The translations under genes and the position numbers were made by a program. From Acidobacteriota bacterium (GTDB taxonomy: Bacteria > Acidobacteriota > Vicinamibacteria > Vicinamibacterales > SCN-69-37), in contig CANIII010000011.1 in the NCBI GenBank assembly GCA_947467605.1, positions 54,172 to 118,171 of the forward strand: 64,000 nucleotides of DNA, given 5' to 3'. Below the pieces are notes generated by a model that was not told the DNA's origin, did not search any database, and worked only from the letters and a program-made list of their open reading frames with translations. Positions 8,136 to 17,895 of this stretch are shown piece after piece (position 1 is the first letter of the stretch; each line of letters starts with the position of its first letter).

Positions 8136-9574
8136 ACGCTCGGGTGAGCGAGGCTGCCGGAGCCCTTGATCGTGCTCACGAGCAGTGCGACTGCCGCGGT
8201 CACTGCGGCGCCGACCAGTGCAAACCATGTGAAGCCGGCGGCGCTCGTCCACCAGATCCATCCCACCGTGACGGTGCCGACGAACATGCCCACGAGCATG
8301 GCGCCCGACTGCACGCGTGTTGTCAGCACGCCAATGAGGAAGGCACCGAGGACTGGGCCTGATGTGAGCGAGAGCACAGAGAGACCGGAATCGAGCAAGC
8401 TGCGATCGAGATACTGCGCGCCGATCGCAACGATGAGCTGCACGATGCCCCAGAACACGGTGAGCTGTTTCGAGAGGCGCAGCAGGCTCGCGTCGGTCGC
8501 GTCTTTCTTCCAGTACTTCACGTAGAAGTCGTTGACCGTGGTCGATGCCATGGCGTTGATCGATGGCGACAGCGCGGCCGCCACAATCGCGGCGATGATG
8601 AAGCCGATCAATCCGTGTGGCAGGTGATCCACGATGAAGCGCGGGAGGATGGCGTCGTTGCGCGGCAGGGCCGTGGCGAGCGGAAAGTGCTGGTGATAGG
8701 CGAATAGCATGGCGCCGATCATCAGGAAGAGCACGAACTGCGCAAAGACGATGAAGCCGCTCAGTACGAGGCCGCGCGCCGCGCCTTTGGGTGAGTCGGC
8801 CGAGAGCAGTCGCTGCACGAGGAATTGATCCGTGCCGTGTGTGGCGAGCGTCAGCGCGATGCCGCCGATCACCCCAGCCCAGAGCGTGTACGTGGTCTTG
8901 GGGTCGAATGACAGATCGATGACGGTGAACTTGCCGGCAGCGCTGCCGAGGCGGATCACTTCGCCGAGGCCGCCCGGGATCTGCCAGAGCAGGGCGAAGA
9001 AGACGATCAGCGCACCGCCGATGTAGATGAACATCTGCACCACGTCCGTCCAGATCACGGCGGCGGAGCCGCCACGCACGGTGTAAATGATCATCGCGAT
9101 GCCGAGCACGAGCACCGCCACGTTCACGGGCACACCGGTGACGATGGAAATGGCCAGCGCCGTCACGTAGAGGCGAATGCCGTCGGCCAGCGAGCGCGTC
9201 ACCAGAAATAGACCGGCCGAAATGGAATTAACCGACGAGCCGAATCGCTGCTGCAGCAACTGGTAGGACGTGACCATCGCGCCGCGGAAATACCGCGGCA
9301 GAAACAACGTGCTCACGATCATTCGACCGATGACGTATCCGGCAGCCAATTGCAGAAACGTCCAATTGCCTGCGTAGGCTGACGCGGGTACGCCAATGAA
9401 CGTCAGCGTGCTCGTCTCCGTGGCGACGACCGTGAAGCAGATCGCCCACCACGGCACCGATTGATCCGTCAGGAAGTAGCTCTTGGTGTTCTTTTGAAAC
9501 TTCGCAAAGTACGACCCGAACGCCGTCACTGCGAGCAGATAGACCACAACGACGGCGTAGTCGAGCGCGTTCAT
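8132..9574 (-). CDS. Sodium:solute symporter family (SSF) transporter
   Basis: Based on ORF 8132..9718. I start it at ATG 9574 (MNALDYAVVVVYLLAVTAFGSYFAKFQK..., a typical SSF N-terminus). This gives an ATGA overlap with the upstream SSF gene. The protein is polytopic. Confidence 0.85.
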   Translation of the reverse strand: MNALDYAVVVVYLLAVTAFGSYFAKFQKNTKSYFLTDQSVPWWAICFTVVATETSTLTFIGVPASAYAGNWTFLQLAAGYVIGRMIVSTLFLPRYFRGAMVTSYQLLQQRFGSSVNSISAGLFLVTRSLADGIRLYVTALAISIVTGVPVNVAVLVLGIAMIIYTVRGGSAAVIWTDVVQMFIYIGGALIVFFALLWQIPGGLGEVIRLGSAAGKFTVIDLSFDPKTTYTLWAGVIGGIALTLATHGTDQFLVQRLLSADSPKGAARGLVLSGFIVFAQFVLFLMIGAMLFAYHQHFPLATALPRNDAILPRFIVDHLPHGLIGFIIAAIVAAALSPSINAMASTTVNDFYVKYWKKDATDASLLRLSKQLTVFWGIVQLIVAIGAQYLDRSLLDSGLSVLSLTSGPVLGAFLIGVLTTRVQSGAMLVGMFVGTVTVGWIWWTSAAGFTWFALVGAAVTAAVALLVSTIKGSGSLAHPSV

Positions 9575-11376
9575 GCCTGATCCGGTGCTGTCTTGCGCAG
9601 CGCGATCGCCACGATGCTGGCACTGACGAGGAAGACCACCGACAAGATCAGCGCCTGCGATGTGCGGCCGTACAGATAGGCGCCGGTCGCAAAGAGCGAC
9701 GACCAGATCATGGCGCAACCGGCCGACCAGCCCAGCAAGGCCATCGGCATGTTGAAGTACGTGGTCGCTTCTTCAGCCGGCGTCAGATTCGCTTCACGCC
9801 GAACACTCGCCCAGCCAGGGCCCGCGGGCCGCACTTTCTTGTAGAAGGCCACCAACGTCTGTCGATCCGTTTGCGGCGCCAGATACGCCGCCGCGACCCA
9901 GCAGACGGTGGTGACGGCGACGGTCAGCGGCAGCGCGGTGTGCGGGCTGAAGTGCACGCCGTTCTTGGCCATGACGAGCAGCACGATCGACACGACGAGC
10001 GAACTCGACATCGCCACGATTTCACACCACGCATTCACGCGCCACCAGAACCAGCGCGCGAGGTAGATCAGGCCCGTGCCGGCGCCCACTTGCAGAATGA
10101 TGTCGAACGTGTCTTTCGCCGAATCGAGGAGGTACACCGTGCCAGACGAGGCGACGAAGAGGCCGATGGTGGCGATGCGGCCGGCAAAGACGTAGTGCTT
10201 CTCGGTGGCGTCGACCTTGATGAAGCGGCGGTAGAAGTCGTGCACGAGGTACGACGCGCCCCAGTTGAGGTGCGTGAGGATCGTCGATGAGTTGGCGGCG
10301 ATCAGGCCACCGATCATCAGGCCGAAGAAGCCGGCCGGCAGGAACTTCAGCATCGCGGGATAGGCGATGTCGTGGCCGAGCAGATGCGGATCCAGATTCG
10401 GAAACGCGGTCTGAATGTCTGAGAGATTCGGGAAGACGACCAGCGACGCGAGCGCGACAAGGATCCACGGCCACGGTCGCAACACGTAGTGCGCCACGTT
10501 GAAGAACAGCACGGCCTTGAGCGCGTCGTTCTCCGATTTTGATGCGAGCATGCGCTGCGCGATGTAGCTGCCGCCACCGGGCTCGCTGCCCGGATACCAG
10601 ACGGCCCACCACTGCACGGCAATCGGCATGATGAACACGGCCACCGCCAGGTCCCAGTTGCTCGAGAAGTCGGGCAGGAAGTTCATGTAGTTCAGTCCGC
10701 CCGGCCCGGTCATCGCCGAGACCTTGGTAATCAGCGAGGTGAGTCCGCCCACTTCGGGCGTCATCACGGCGAAGTACGCCGCGGCCACGATCGCCGACAT
10801 CATGATGAAGAACTGAATCATGTCGATGACGAGCACGCCCCAGAGCCCAGCGTGCGTGGCAAAGACCACGTTGAGCACGCCGACGCCCAGAAGCGTCTGC
10901 CAGCGCGGTAATCCGAACAGAATGCCGCCGATCTTGACGGCGGCCAGATTGACCGTCGCCATGATCATGCAGTTGAAGAAGAGGCCCAGATAGAGCGCAC
11001 GAAACCCGCGAACGGCTTTCGCCGCCGTGCCCGAATAGCGCAGCTCGTAGAACTCAAGATCGGTGAGGACGCCGGATCGGCGCCACAGACGGGCGTAGAA
11101 GAATACGGTGGCCACACCCATGAGCGCGAACGCCCACCAGACCCAGTTGCCGGCCACACCCGTGCGTCGAACGATGTCGGTGACAAGATTGGGAGTATCG
11201 CTGCTGAAGGTGGTCGCGACCATTGAGATGCCGGCCAGCCACCACGGCACGGAGCGGCCGGAGCCGAAGAACTCGGCAGTGTTCTGGCCCGCGCGCTTGG
11301 CAAAAAACAGCGCAGGGATGAAGCAAACCAGGATGCTGCCGATGATGATGACCCAGTCGAGCGCCTGCAGGTGCAT
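9571..11376 (-). CDS. Sodium:solute symporter family (SSF) transporter, long form (601 aa)
   Basis: The N-terminus MHLQALDWVIIIGSILVCFIPALFFAKRAGQNTAEFFGSGRSVPWWLAGISMVATTFSSDTP is typical of the SSF family. There are at least 13 hydrophobic segments. Confidence 0.85.
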   Translation of the reverse strand: MHLQALDWVIIIGSILVCFIPALFFAKRAGQNTAEFFGSGRSVPWWLAGISMVATTFSSDTPNLVTDIVRRTGVAGNWVWWAFALMGVATVFFYARLWRRSGVLTDLEFYELRYSGTAAKAVRGFRALYLGLFFNCMIMATVNLAAVKIGGILFGLPRWQTLLGVGVLNVVFATHAGLWGVLVIDMIQFFIMMSAIVAAAYFAVMTPEVGGLTSLITKVSAMTGPGGLNYMNFLPDFSSNWDLAVAVFIMPIAVQWWAVWYPGSEPGGGSYIAQRMLASKSENDALKAVLFFNVAHYVLRPWPWILVALASLVVFPNLSDIQTAFPNLDPHLLGHDIAYPAMLKFLPAGFFGLMIGGLIAANSSTILTHLNWGASYLVHDFYRRFIKVDATEKHYVFAGRIATIGLFVASSGTVYLLDSAKDTFDIILQVGAGTGLIYLARWFWWRVNAWCEIVAMSSSLVVSIVLLVMAKNGVHFSPHTALPLTVAVTTVCWVAAAYLAPQTDRQTLVAFYKKVRPAGPGWASVRREANLTPAEEATTYFNMPMALLGWSAGCAMIWSSLFATGAYLYGRTSQALILSVVFLVSASIVAIALRKTAPDQA

Positions 11377-11422
11377 TCGGCAGAGTCTATGCGATTCCGG
11401 GCCATAATCGAGGGTTCACACT

Positions 11423-13339
11423 GTGCCGCTGATCTCACTCGACAACGTCTCTATCGCTTTTAGTCACCTGCCGCTCCTCGACAAGGCCAACCTGCTTGTT
11501 GAGCCGGGCGAGCGCGTCGCCATCATTGGCCGCAATGGCACGGGCAAATCCACGCTGCTCCAGATCGTGTCGGGCGAATTGCCGCCTGACAGCGGCAATG
11601 TGTGGCGCCAGCCTGGGGCCACCGCCGCACGACTGGTGCAGGATGTCGCCCTCACCAGTGAGAAATCTGTCTTCGACGTCGTCGCCGAGGGCCTCGGCGA
11701 TCTGCAGGACATCGTCACCGCCTATCACCACGCTGCGCATGAAGTGGCCGAGCACGGCACCGACGCCGCGCTGGCGGCGCTGGGTCGTGCGCAGCAAGCG
11801 CTCGATGAAGCCAACGGGTGGACGCTCGAGCAGCGTATTGAGCTCGTGCTCGAGAAGCTGGGGCTTGACGCCGACGTGCATGCCGACACGCTCTCGGGCG
11901 GATGGCGTCGCCGTGTGCTGCTCGCACGTGCACTTGTCTCTGAGCCGTCGGTGTTGCTGCTCGACGAGCCGACCAATCACCTTGACGTGGAAGCGATCGA
12001 GTGGCTTGAGCAGTTTCTGCGCGACTACAAGGGCGCCATCATCTTCGTCACGCACGACCGTACGTTCCTGCAGAATCTGGCCACGCGCATCGTGGAGCTT
12101 GATCGTGGCGAGTTGACGTCGTGGCCGGGTGACTACCTCACGTTCCTCGAGAAGAAGGAAGCGTGGCTGGCCAATGAGGCGCTCGCCAATCAGAAGTTCG
12201 ACAAGCTGATGGCGCAGGAGGAAGTGTGGTTGCGTCGCGGCGTCAAGGCGCGACGGACGCGTGATGAAGGCCGCGTCAAGAAACTGATGGCGATGCGTCA
12301 GGAGCGCGCGGCCCGCCGCGCGATGGTCGGCAACGTGCGCATGCAGATCGACACCGGCGAGCGTTCCGGACAGATGATCTACGAACTCGAAGGCGTGTCG
12401 AAGTCGTACGGGGCCAAGAACGTCATCCGCGAGTTCAGCACGCGCGTGATGCGTGGCGATCGCATCGGTCTGATCGGCCCGAACGGCGCTGGAAAGACCA
12501 CGCTCCTGAAGATGATGCTGGGCGAGCTCGCGTCGGATACCGGCGAAGTGCGGCACGGCGCGAACATTCAGGTCGCCTACTACGACCAGCAGCGCGAACA
12601 ACTCGATCCGGACTCGACCGTCGTCGATGCCGTGGCCGACGGCAGCGACACGGTGATGGTGGCGGGGCAACCGCGCCACGTGCACGGCTACCTCGAAGAC
12701 TTCCTGTTTCCTCCGGAGCGCGCGCGATCACCGGTGAAGGCGTTGTCGGGCGGAGAGCGCAATCGACTGCTGCTCGCGCGGCTCTTCACGCGCACGGCGA
12801 ATGTGCTTGTGCTCGACGAGCCGACCAACGACCTCGATATCGAGACACTCGAGTTGCTCGAAGAGCTGCTCACCGATTTCCCCGGCACGATTCTGATGGT
12901 CAGTCACGATCGACAGTTTCTCAACAACGTCGTCACCTCGACCCTGTCGTTCGAAGGCGATGGCGTCGTGCGTGAGAACGTCGGCGACTACGACGACTGG
13001 AAGCAACAGGGGCAGGCGGCGCCGATGCCCATCGTGGTCACTGCACCCGTGGCCGCGCCGGCCAAGTCGGTGAAAGGCGCGTCAACGAAAGCCCCGGAGC
13101 CAGCCAAAGAGAAGAAGAAACGCTCCTATAAAGAACAGCGCGAACATGCCGCGTTGCCCGCGAAAATCGAAGTACTCGAGCACGAAGAGAAAGTGCTGCA
13201 GGCACGCATTAACTCGCCAGAGTTCTTCAAGGCGGGGTCGGAGAACATCCGCACGGCTCTCGAACGCGTCGAGACCTTGAAGTCGGAGCTCGAGACGCTC
13301 TACTCACGCTGGGCTGAGCTTGAAGAAAAGAGTGAGTAG
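11423..13339 (+). CDS. uup: ABC-F family ATPase, Uup-like (two ABC domains plus a C-terminal coiled coil)
   Basis: Walker A motifs GRNGTGKST and GPNGAGKTT. Signature motifs LSGGWRRR and LSGGERNR. There are no TM segments. The Lys/Glu-rich C-terminal tail resembles that of Uup. The start codon is GTG. Confidence 0.85.
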   Translation: MPLISLDNVSIAFSHLPLLDKANLLVEPGERVAIIGRNGTGKSTLLQIVSGELPPDSGNVWRQPGATAARLVQDVALTSEKSVFDVVAEGLGDLQDIVTAYHHAAHEVAEHGTDAALAALGRAQQALDEANGWTLEQRIELVLEKLGLDADVHADTLSGGWRRRVLLARALVSEPSVLLLDEPTNHLDVEAIEWLEQFLRDYKGAIIFVTHDRTFLQNLATRIVELDRGELTSWPGDYLTFLEKKEAWLANEALANQKFDKLMAQEEVWLRRGVKARRTRDEGRVKKLMAMRQERAARRAMVGNVRMQIDTGERSGQMIYELEGVSKSYGAKNVIREFSTRVMRGDRIGLIGPNGAGKTTLLKMMLGELASDTGEVRHGANIQVAYYDQQREQLDPDSTVVDAVADGSDTVMVAGQPRHVHGYLEDFLFPPERARSPVKALSGGERNRLLLARLFTRTANVLVLDEPTNDLDIETLELLEELLTDFPGTILMVSHDRQFLNNVVTSTLSFEGDGVVRENVGDYDDWKQQGQAAPMPIVVTAPVAAPAKSVKGASTKAPEPAKEKKKRSYKEQREHAALPAKIEVLEHEEKVLQARINSPEFFKAGSENIRTALERVETLKSELETLYSRWAELEEKSE

Positions 13340-13348
13340 AATCACGCC

Positions 13349-14044
13349 ATGCTGAGCCATCGCGAGTATCACCGCACCACGCGCATCGGCTGGATGCGCG
13401 CCTCGGTGCTGGGCGCCAATGACGGTCTGATCTCGACCAGCTCCATCATCGTCGGCGTCGCGGCTTCGGCGATGGCGTCGCGGCATGACGTGTTGCTGGC
13501 CGGCATCGCCGGCGGTGTGGCCGGCGCGCTGTCGATGGCGGCCGGTGAGTATGTCAGCGTGAGTTCGCAGTCCGACACGGAGACCGCCGACCTGGCGCGC
13601 GAGCGCCGCGAGCTGAAGGAAGACCCGATCGGCGAACACGCCGAGCTCGCAGGGATCTACGTGCAGCGCGGGTTAACACCAGAGCTCGCCGATCAGGTGG
13701 CCGCACAGCTGGAGGCGCATGATGCGCTCGGTGCGCATGCGCGTGATGAGCTGGGCATCAACGAAATCACGCGCGCGCGGCCGTTGCAGGCGGCCTTCGC
13801 GTCCGCGTGCGCATTTGCCGTCGGTGCCGCGCTGCCGGTGGTGCTGGCCGGTCTCGCGCCCCTCGCGTGGATGAACACGATGGTGATGAGCTCCACGCTG
13901 ATCCTCCTCGGTGCACTCGGCAGTGTGGCCGGCCACCTCGGCGGCGCGTCGCTGATCACTGGCGCCGTGCGCGTGATGTTCTGGGGCGCCGTGGCGATGG
14001 GGGCCACGGCACTCGTTGGTCATCTGTTCGGCGCGGTGGTCTAG
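13349..14044 (+). CDS. VIT1/CCC1 family iron/manganese transporter
   Basis: The sequence WMRASVLGANDGLISTSSIIVGVAA...SMAAGEYVSVSSQSDTE, together with C-terminal TM helices, is the typical VIT family pattern. Confidence 0.85.
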   Translation: MLSHREYHRTTRIGWMRASVLGANDGLISTSSIIVGVAASAMASRHDVLLAGIAGGVAGALSMAAGEYVSVSSQSDTETADLARERRELKEDPIGEHAELAGIYVQRGLTPELADQVAAQLEAHDALGAHARDELGINEITRARPLQAAFASACAFAVGAALPVVLAGLAPLAWMNTMVMSSTLILLGALGSVAGHLGGASLITGAVRVMFWGAVAMGATALVGHLFGAVV

Positions 14045-14047
14045 CGG

Positions 14048-15277
14048 TTACTTGCTGGCCGCTCTGAACTTCGCAAACCACTGCAGGGCCTTGCCGTAGG
14101 CCAAGGGCACGGCGCGCGGTTCGATCCCGACGCTGGCCGAGAGCGCCATGCAGCCATCCCAGTCGCCCTGTTCATAGGCCGTCACCGCATCCAGCAGCGT
14201 GCGCGATTTGTTCTGCTGCCCGCGCAACGCGGCGTCCGCGTCTTCAGGCAGCGGCAGGTGCGCAAGGATCGTCGGCATCGGCATTTCGAGAATCGCGTCG
14301 AGCAGCGAACACGCACCGAGCAGGAAGCCGTCGCCGAAGGCGCCGGAATCATCCGCGTTGGCGACCAGTTCGCAGGTGCGTCCCCGCAGGCTCGACATCG
14401 CGACGAGTTCATCGGGCGCGCCGGCGTGGAAGGCGCCCATCGCCCAGAGTGATGCCCACTGGCGCACGGTGCCGCACCCGAGCAGCACGAGCGCTTGCCG
14501 CAGCGATTCCACGCGGCTGTGCTGGGCGAATGCCGCAGAGTTCACCGCGCGTAGCACGCGATACACGAGCGACGCATCCGGTTTGATCAGTTCTTCGAGA
14601 TCCTTGGGCGAGAGGTCCGGGTTCTGCAGCGCGCGGAACAGCCGCATGTACACGAGGCGGTTGGCCGGGATGTCTTTCGTGCTCTTCATCACCGGACGGC
14701 CAATGAAGTTGCCCTGAAAGGTCGAACAGCCGAGTTTGGCCGCTGCCGCAAAATCCGCCGCCGTTTCCACATGCGTCGCGACGAGGACGGGCGGTTTGAT
14801 CGGCCGAATCTCGGGCTGCCGGCGGTGGGCGACCGCTTCGAAATTGGTGACGTCAGTTTTCAGGTAGTCCGCGTATTTCACGAGCGACGCTGTGTCGGAT
14901 GTCGTCGAGTAGTGGTCGAGCGCGATGCGATAGCCCTTGCGCCGCAGGTCGGCGCAGGCGTCGCGCACCTCAGGCGCGCCGTCGATGTCGTCCGGCAACT
15001 CGATCACCACCTGGTTGGCCGGCAGCGCCGACGGCAAGCCTGCGAGCAGTAGCTCGCGTGACACTTTTACAAAGGTGGGCCGGCCGTGGGTCAGCGTGTC
15101 GAGGCCGAACGACAGCACCGCCTCACTGAACACCGTGGCGCTCTTCTCATTGACGGACGTCATGCCGGTCTGTGCCCCCTGGGGCGGGCAGAACAGCAGC
15201 TCGTACCCAAAGACCTTCCGCTGACGGTCGAAGATTGCCTGGCGCGCGAGAAACACCTGCTCGTTGGCTGATTCCAT
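14048..15277 (-). CDS. EAL-like plus HDOD domain signalling protein (YuxH-like architecture)
   Basis: The N-terminal half matches an EAL domain (FLARQAIFDRQRKVFGYELLF...VIELPD...LKTDV...FQGNFIGRP). The C-terminal half matches HDOD (LVYRVLRAVNSAAF...ESLRQALVLLG). Confidence 0.75.
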   Translation of the reverse strand: MESANEQVFLARQAIFDRQRKVFGYELLFCPPQGAQTGMTSVNEKSATVFSEAVLSFGLDTLTHGRPTFVKVSRELLLAGLPSALPANQVVIELPDDIDGAPEVRDACADLRRKGYRIALDHYSTTSDTASLVKYADYLKTDVTNFEAVAHRRQPEIRPIKPPVLVATHVETAADFAAAAKLGCSTFQGNFIGRPVMKSTKDIPANRLVYMRLFRALQNPDLSPKDLEELIKPDASLVYRVLRAVNSAAFAQHSRVESLRQALVLLGCGTVRQWASLWAMGAFHAGAPDELVAMSSLRGRTCELVANADDSGAFGDGFLLGACSLLDAILEMPMPTILAHLPLPEDADAALRGQQNKSRTLLDAVTAYEQGDWDGCMALSASVGIEPRAVPLAYGKALQWFAKFRAASK

Positions 15278-15392
15278 GACCTACCTCTGCTCACCCAATC
15301 GGAGGTACCGTCAATTTCTTGAATGGGAGCGGTCTCGGTTACCGTGAGAGCGGCCGAACGGCACCGGTGAGGGCCAGCAAAGGGAGTGACTG

Positions 15393-15989
15393 ATGATTGA
15401 TCCTCGTCCCGTGACGCTCGAAGGTCGCAGCATCCGGCTCGAGCCCATGACGCTCGAACACCGCGATGACATCGCCGCCGCAGCCACAGACGGCAAGCTG
15501 TGGGAATTGTGGTTCACCGCGGTGCCGAGTGCGGATCAGGCGGAGGCCTACATTGCCAAAGCGCTGGCCGGTCTTCGTGAAGGGCACATGCTGCCGTGGG
15601 TCGTCCGCGAACTGACCACGGGCCGCGTCGTCGGGAGCAAGCGATTTCACGACATCGTGCCGGCCATTGATCGGGTGGAGATTGGCTACACGTTCTATGG
15701 CGCGAGCTGGCATCGCAGCCACGTCAACAGCACGTGCAAGCTCCTGCTGCTCTCGCATGCCTTCGACACCCTCGGGTGCCAGGTCGTCGGGTTGCGTACC
15801 GACAATTTCAACTTCCGATCGCAGCGCGCGATCGAGGCGCTCGGCGCGAAGAAGGACGGCGTGCTGCGGCATCATCAGGCCCGTCGCGACGGCACCGTGC
15901 GTGATTCGGTGCTGTACTCCATCCTCCGACACGAATGGCCCGATGTGCGGCGCCATCTGGAACTGCGGTTAGACAGAACCAGGGACTGA
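15393..15989 (+). CDS. GNAT family N-acetyltransferase (RimJ/RimL-like)
   Basis: The ORF is 198 aa. The sequence VTLEGRSIRLEPMTLEHRDDI...VEIGYTFYGASWHRSHVNSTCKLLLLSHAFDTLG...FRSQRAIEALGAKKDGVLR follows the typical acetyltransferase pattern. Confidence 0.75.
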   Translation: MIDPRPVTLEGRSIRLEPMTLEHRDDIAAAATDGKLWELWFTAVPSADQAEAYIAKALAGLREGHMLPWVVRELTTGRVVGSKRFHDIVPAIDRVEIGYTFYGASWHRSHVNSTCKLLLLSHAFDTLGCQVVGLRTDNFNFRSQRAIEALGAKKDGVLRHHQARRDGTVRDSVLYSILRHEWPDVRRHLELRLDRTRD

Positions 15990-16048
15990 TCACGGTTTGA
16001 TCAGGTCCCGATCAGGACTCTGTTCGCGGTGACCCGTAGTCTGCGGTC

Positions 16049-16936
16049 ATGGATACACGACGCGATCAAACCATTCTCGCCCTGGCACTCACCACACTGA
16101 TGTCACTGGGTGCGGCCCAACCGGCTCACGCGCAGCAACCGCCCGCAATCGCGGTGGCCGAGGCAGGTCAACTGCAGGAGTTGGTACTGCGCGATGGCAC
16201 TCGAGCGGTGGGGCGCGTCGAGAAAGTTGCGAACGAGCACGTGATCTTCCGGACGGACGCCGGCGCCGTGATTGACGTGGAGGTGTCGCAGGTCCTCACG
16301 GTGGGCCTCGCCAAGGGGGAGATGCACGAAGGCGAGTACTGGCCAGAGGATTCGAATCCCACGCGGCTCTTCTTCGGCCCGACCGCGCGCTCACTCAAGA
16401 AATCGCAGTCGTACTTCGGGGTCTATGAGTTCGTCATGCCACTCGTGCAGGTGGGCATCACTGATCGGGTGTCGATCGGAGGCGGCGCGTTTCCGTTCTT
16501 CTGCAGTGATTGCGGCCTGAACGCCTGGTTTACGCCCAAGGTGCAGGTGCTCAGCACCGAGAAGACGCAGGCGGCCGTGGGAATGATGCACTTCACGTTC
16601 GACGGAAACTTCGGCATCGCGTACGCAGTGGCCACGCACGGCGACGCGAATGCGGCGGTGACCGTTGGTCTGGGCGTGCCCTACAGCCATGGCGGCAAGA
16701 AGACCGGCGACGGCGTAGTGATGATCGGCGGCGAACGACGCGTGTCGCGCCGCGTCAAGCTCATCACCGAAAACTACCTCTTTCATGGCGGCGACTTCAG
16801 CCTCGCCAGCTTCGGCGTGCGCGTGCTGGGTGACAGGCTCTCCGCCGACTTTGCGCTGGGGACGGCCATCAGCGGGAATAGCGGCGGAATATTCCCGGTG
16901 GTCAACGCGGTCTGGACTTTCGGCACGCGTCGCTGA
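16049..16936 (+). CDS. Secreted hypothetical protein, possibly an outer-membrane beta-barrel
   Basis: It has a signal peptide ending AHAQQ, a Gly/aromatic alternating composition and a C-terminal ...VNAVWTFGTRR. I recognise no family. Confidence 0.6.
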   Translation: MDTRRDQTILALALTTLMSLGAAQPAHAQQPPAIAVAEAGQLQELVLRDGTRAVGRVEKVANEHVIFRTDAGAVIDVEVSQVLTVGLAKGEMHEGEYWPEDSNPTRLFFGPTARSLKKSQSYFGVYEFVMPLVQVGITDRVSIGGGAFPFFCSDCGLNAWFTPKVQVLSTEKTQAAVGMMHFTFDGNFGIAYAVATHGDANAAVTVGLGVPYSHGGKKTGDGVVMIGGERRVSRRVKLITENYLFHGGDFSLASFGVRVLGDRLSADFALGTAISGNSGGIFPVVNAVWTFGTRR

Positions 16937-16983
16937 TCCTTTCCCAAACAGACTCTGACCGCTGCGCTACACTTCTCCTCCGA

Positions 16984-17895
16984 GTGGCGCGCCTTCGCAA
17001 GATCACAACCTGGACGGCAGGCGTGGCGCTGACAGCCGCGCTTGGCGGCAGCGGCTACGTCACACACTCCGAAGCGCATCGGCTGCTCACCAATCCCGTC
17101 TCGACGCGTCGCGTCTCGCAGAAGACTCCCGGCGATGACCCGTGGCGACTGCCGTTTGTGGACGCCACTGTCACGGCTGCCGACGGGACGAAGCTCCGAG
17201 GCTGGTTCGTCCCGGCCGACAGCCCGAAGCTGATCCTTGTTCAGCACGGCTATAAGGATCGGCTTCAGTCGATGATCGGCGTCGCCCAGGTGCTGCATCG
17301 CCACGGTTATCAGGTGCTGTTGATGTGCGTGCGTGCGCATGATCGCAGCGACGGCGAGATGCTGTCGCTCGGCCAGCGCGGTGAGATCGCCGACATGGAA
17401 GCCTGGGCCGCCTATGGCGAGTCGCGACCCGGCGTGGATCCCACGAAAGTCGGTATGTTCGGCGTGTCGATGGGTGGATCGCTGGCGATTCAATACACCG
17501 CGTCGCATCAGGATGTGCGCGCACTCGTCGCCGACAGCGCGTTTTCGTCGCTCGGCGACACGATCGACACCAGCGTGCGGTTCTTCACCGGTCTGCCGCC
17601 GTTCCCCTTTGGTCCGATGATCCGATTCTGGGCCGAACGCGAAGGCGGCTTCTCGACGTCGTCAGTGGACGCCAAGCAATGGGTTGGGAAGGTGAGTCCT
17701 CGACCGGTCCTCATCATGCAGGGCGGCGCCGATGTCGTCGTGTCGAAGACGAGCGGCCAGAAGCTCTTTGATGCCGCGCGCGAGCCCAAGCAGCTGTGGT
17801 ACGAGGATGCGGTCGGGCACGGGGAATTCCTGAAGATGATGCCCGCCGAGTTCGAGCAGCGTGTCGTGGGCTTCTTTGACGCGAACATCAAGTAA
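16984..17895 (+). CDS. Alpha/beta hydrolase fold protein
   Basis: It has the nucleophile elbow GVSMGGS, an HG oxyanion context (LVQHGY) and a C-terminal GHGEF His. There is one N-terminal TM or signal segment. The start codon is GTG. Confidence 0.8.
   Translation: MARLRKITTWTAGVALTAALGGSGYVTHSEAHRLLTNPVSTRRVSQKTPGDDPWRLPFVDATVTAADGTKLRGWFVPADSPKLILVQHGYKDRLQSMIGVAQVLHRHGYQVLLMCVRAHDRSDGEMLSLGQRGEIADMEAWAAYGESRPGVDPTKVGMFGVSMGGSLAIQYTASHQDVRALVADSAFSSLGDTIDTSVRFFTGLPPFPFGPMIRFWAEREGGFSTSSVDAKQWVGKVSPRPVLIMQGGADVVVSKTSGQKLFDAAREPKQLWYEDAVGHGEFLKMMPAEFEQRVVGFFDANIK

Noticed and set aside
11435-12685. A 416-aa ORF lies antisense to the ABC-F gene.
   Set aside because: The plus strand carries unmistakable Walker A and signature motifs. 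The antisense product is Arg/His-rich low-information sequence.
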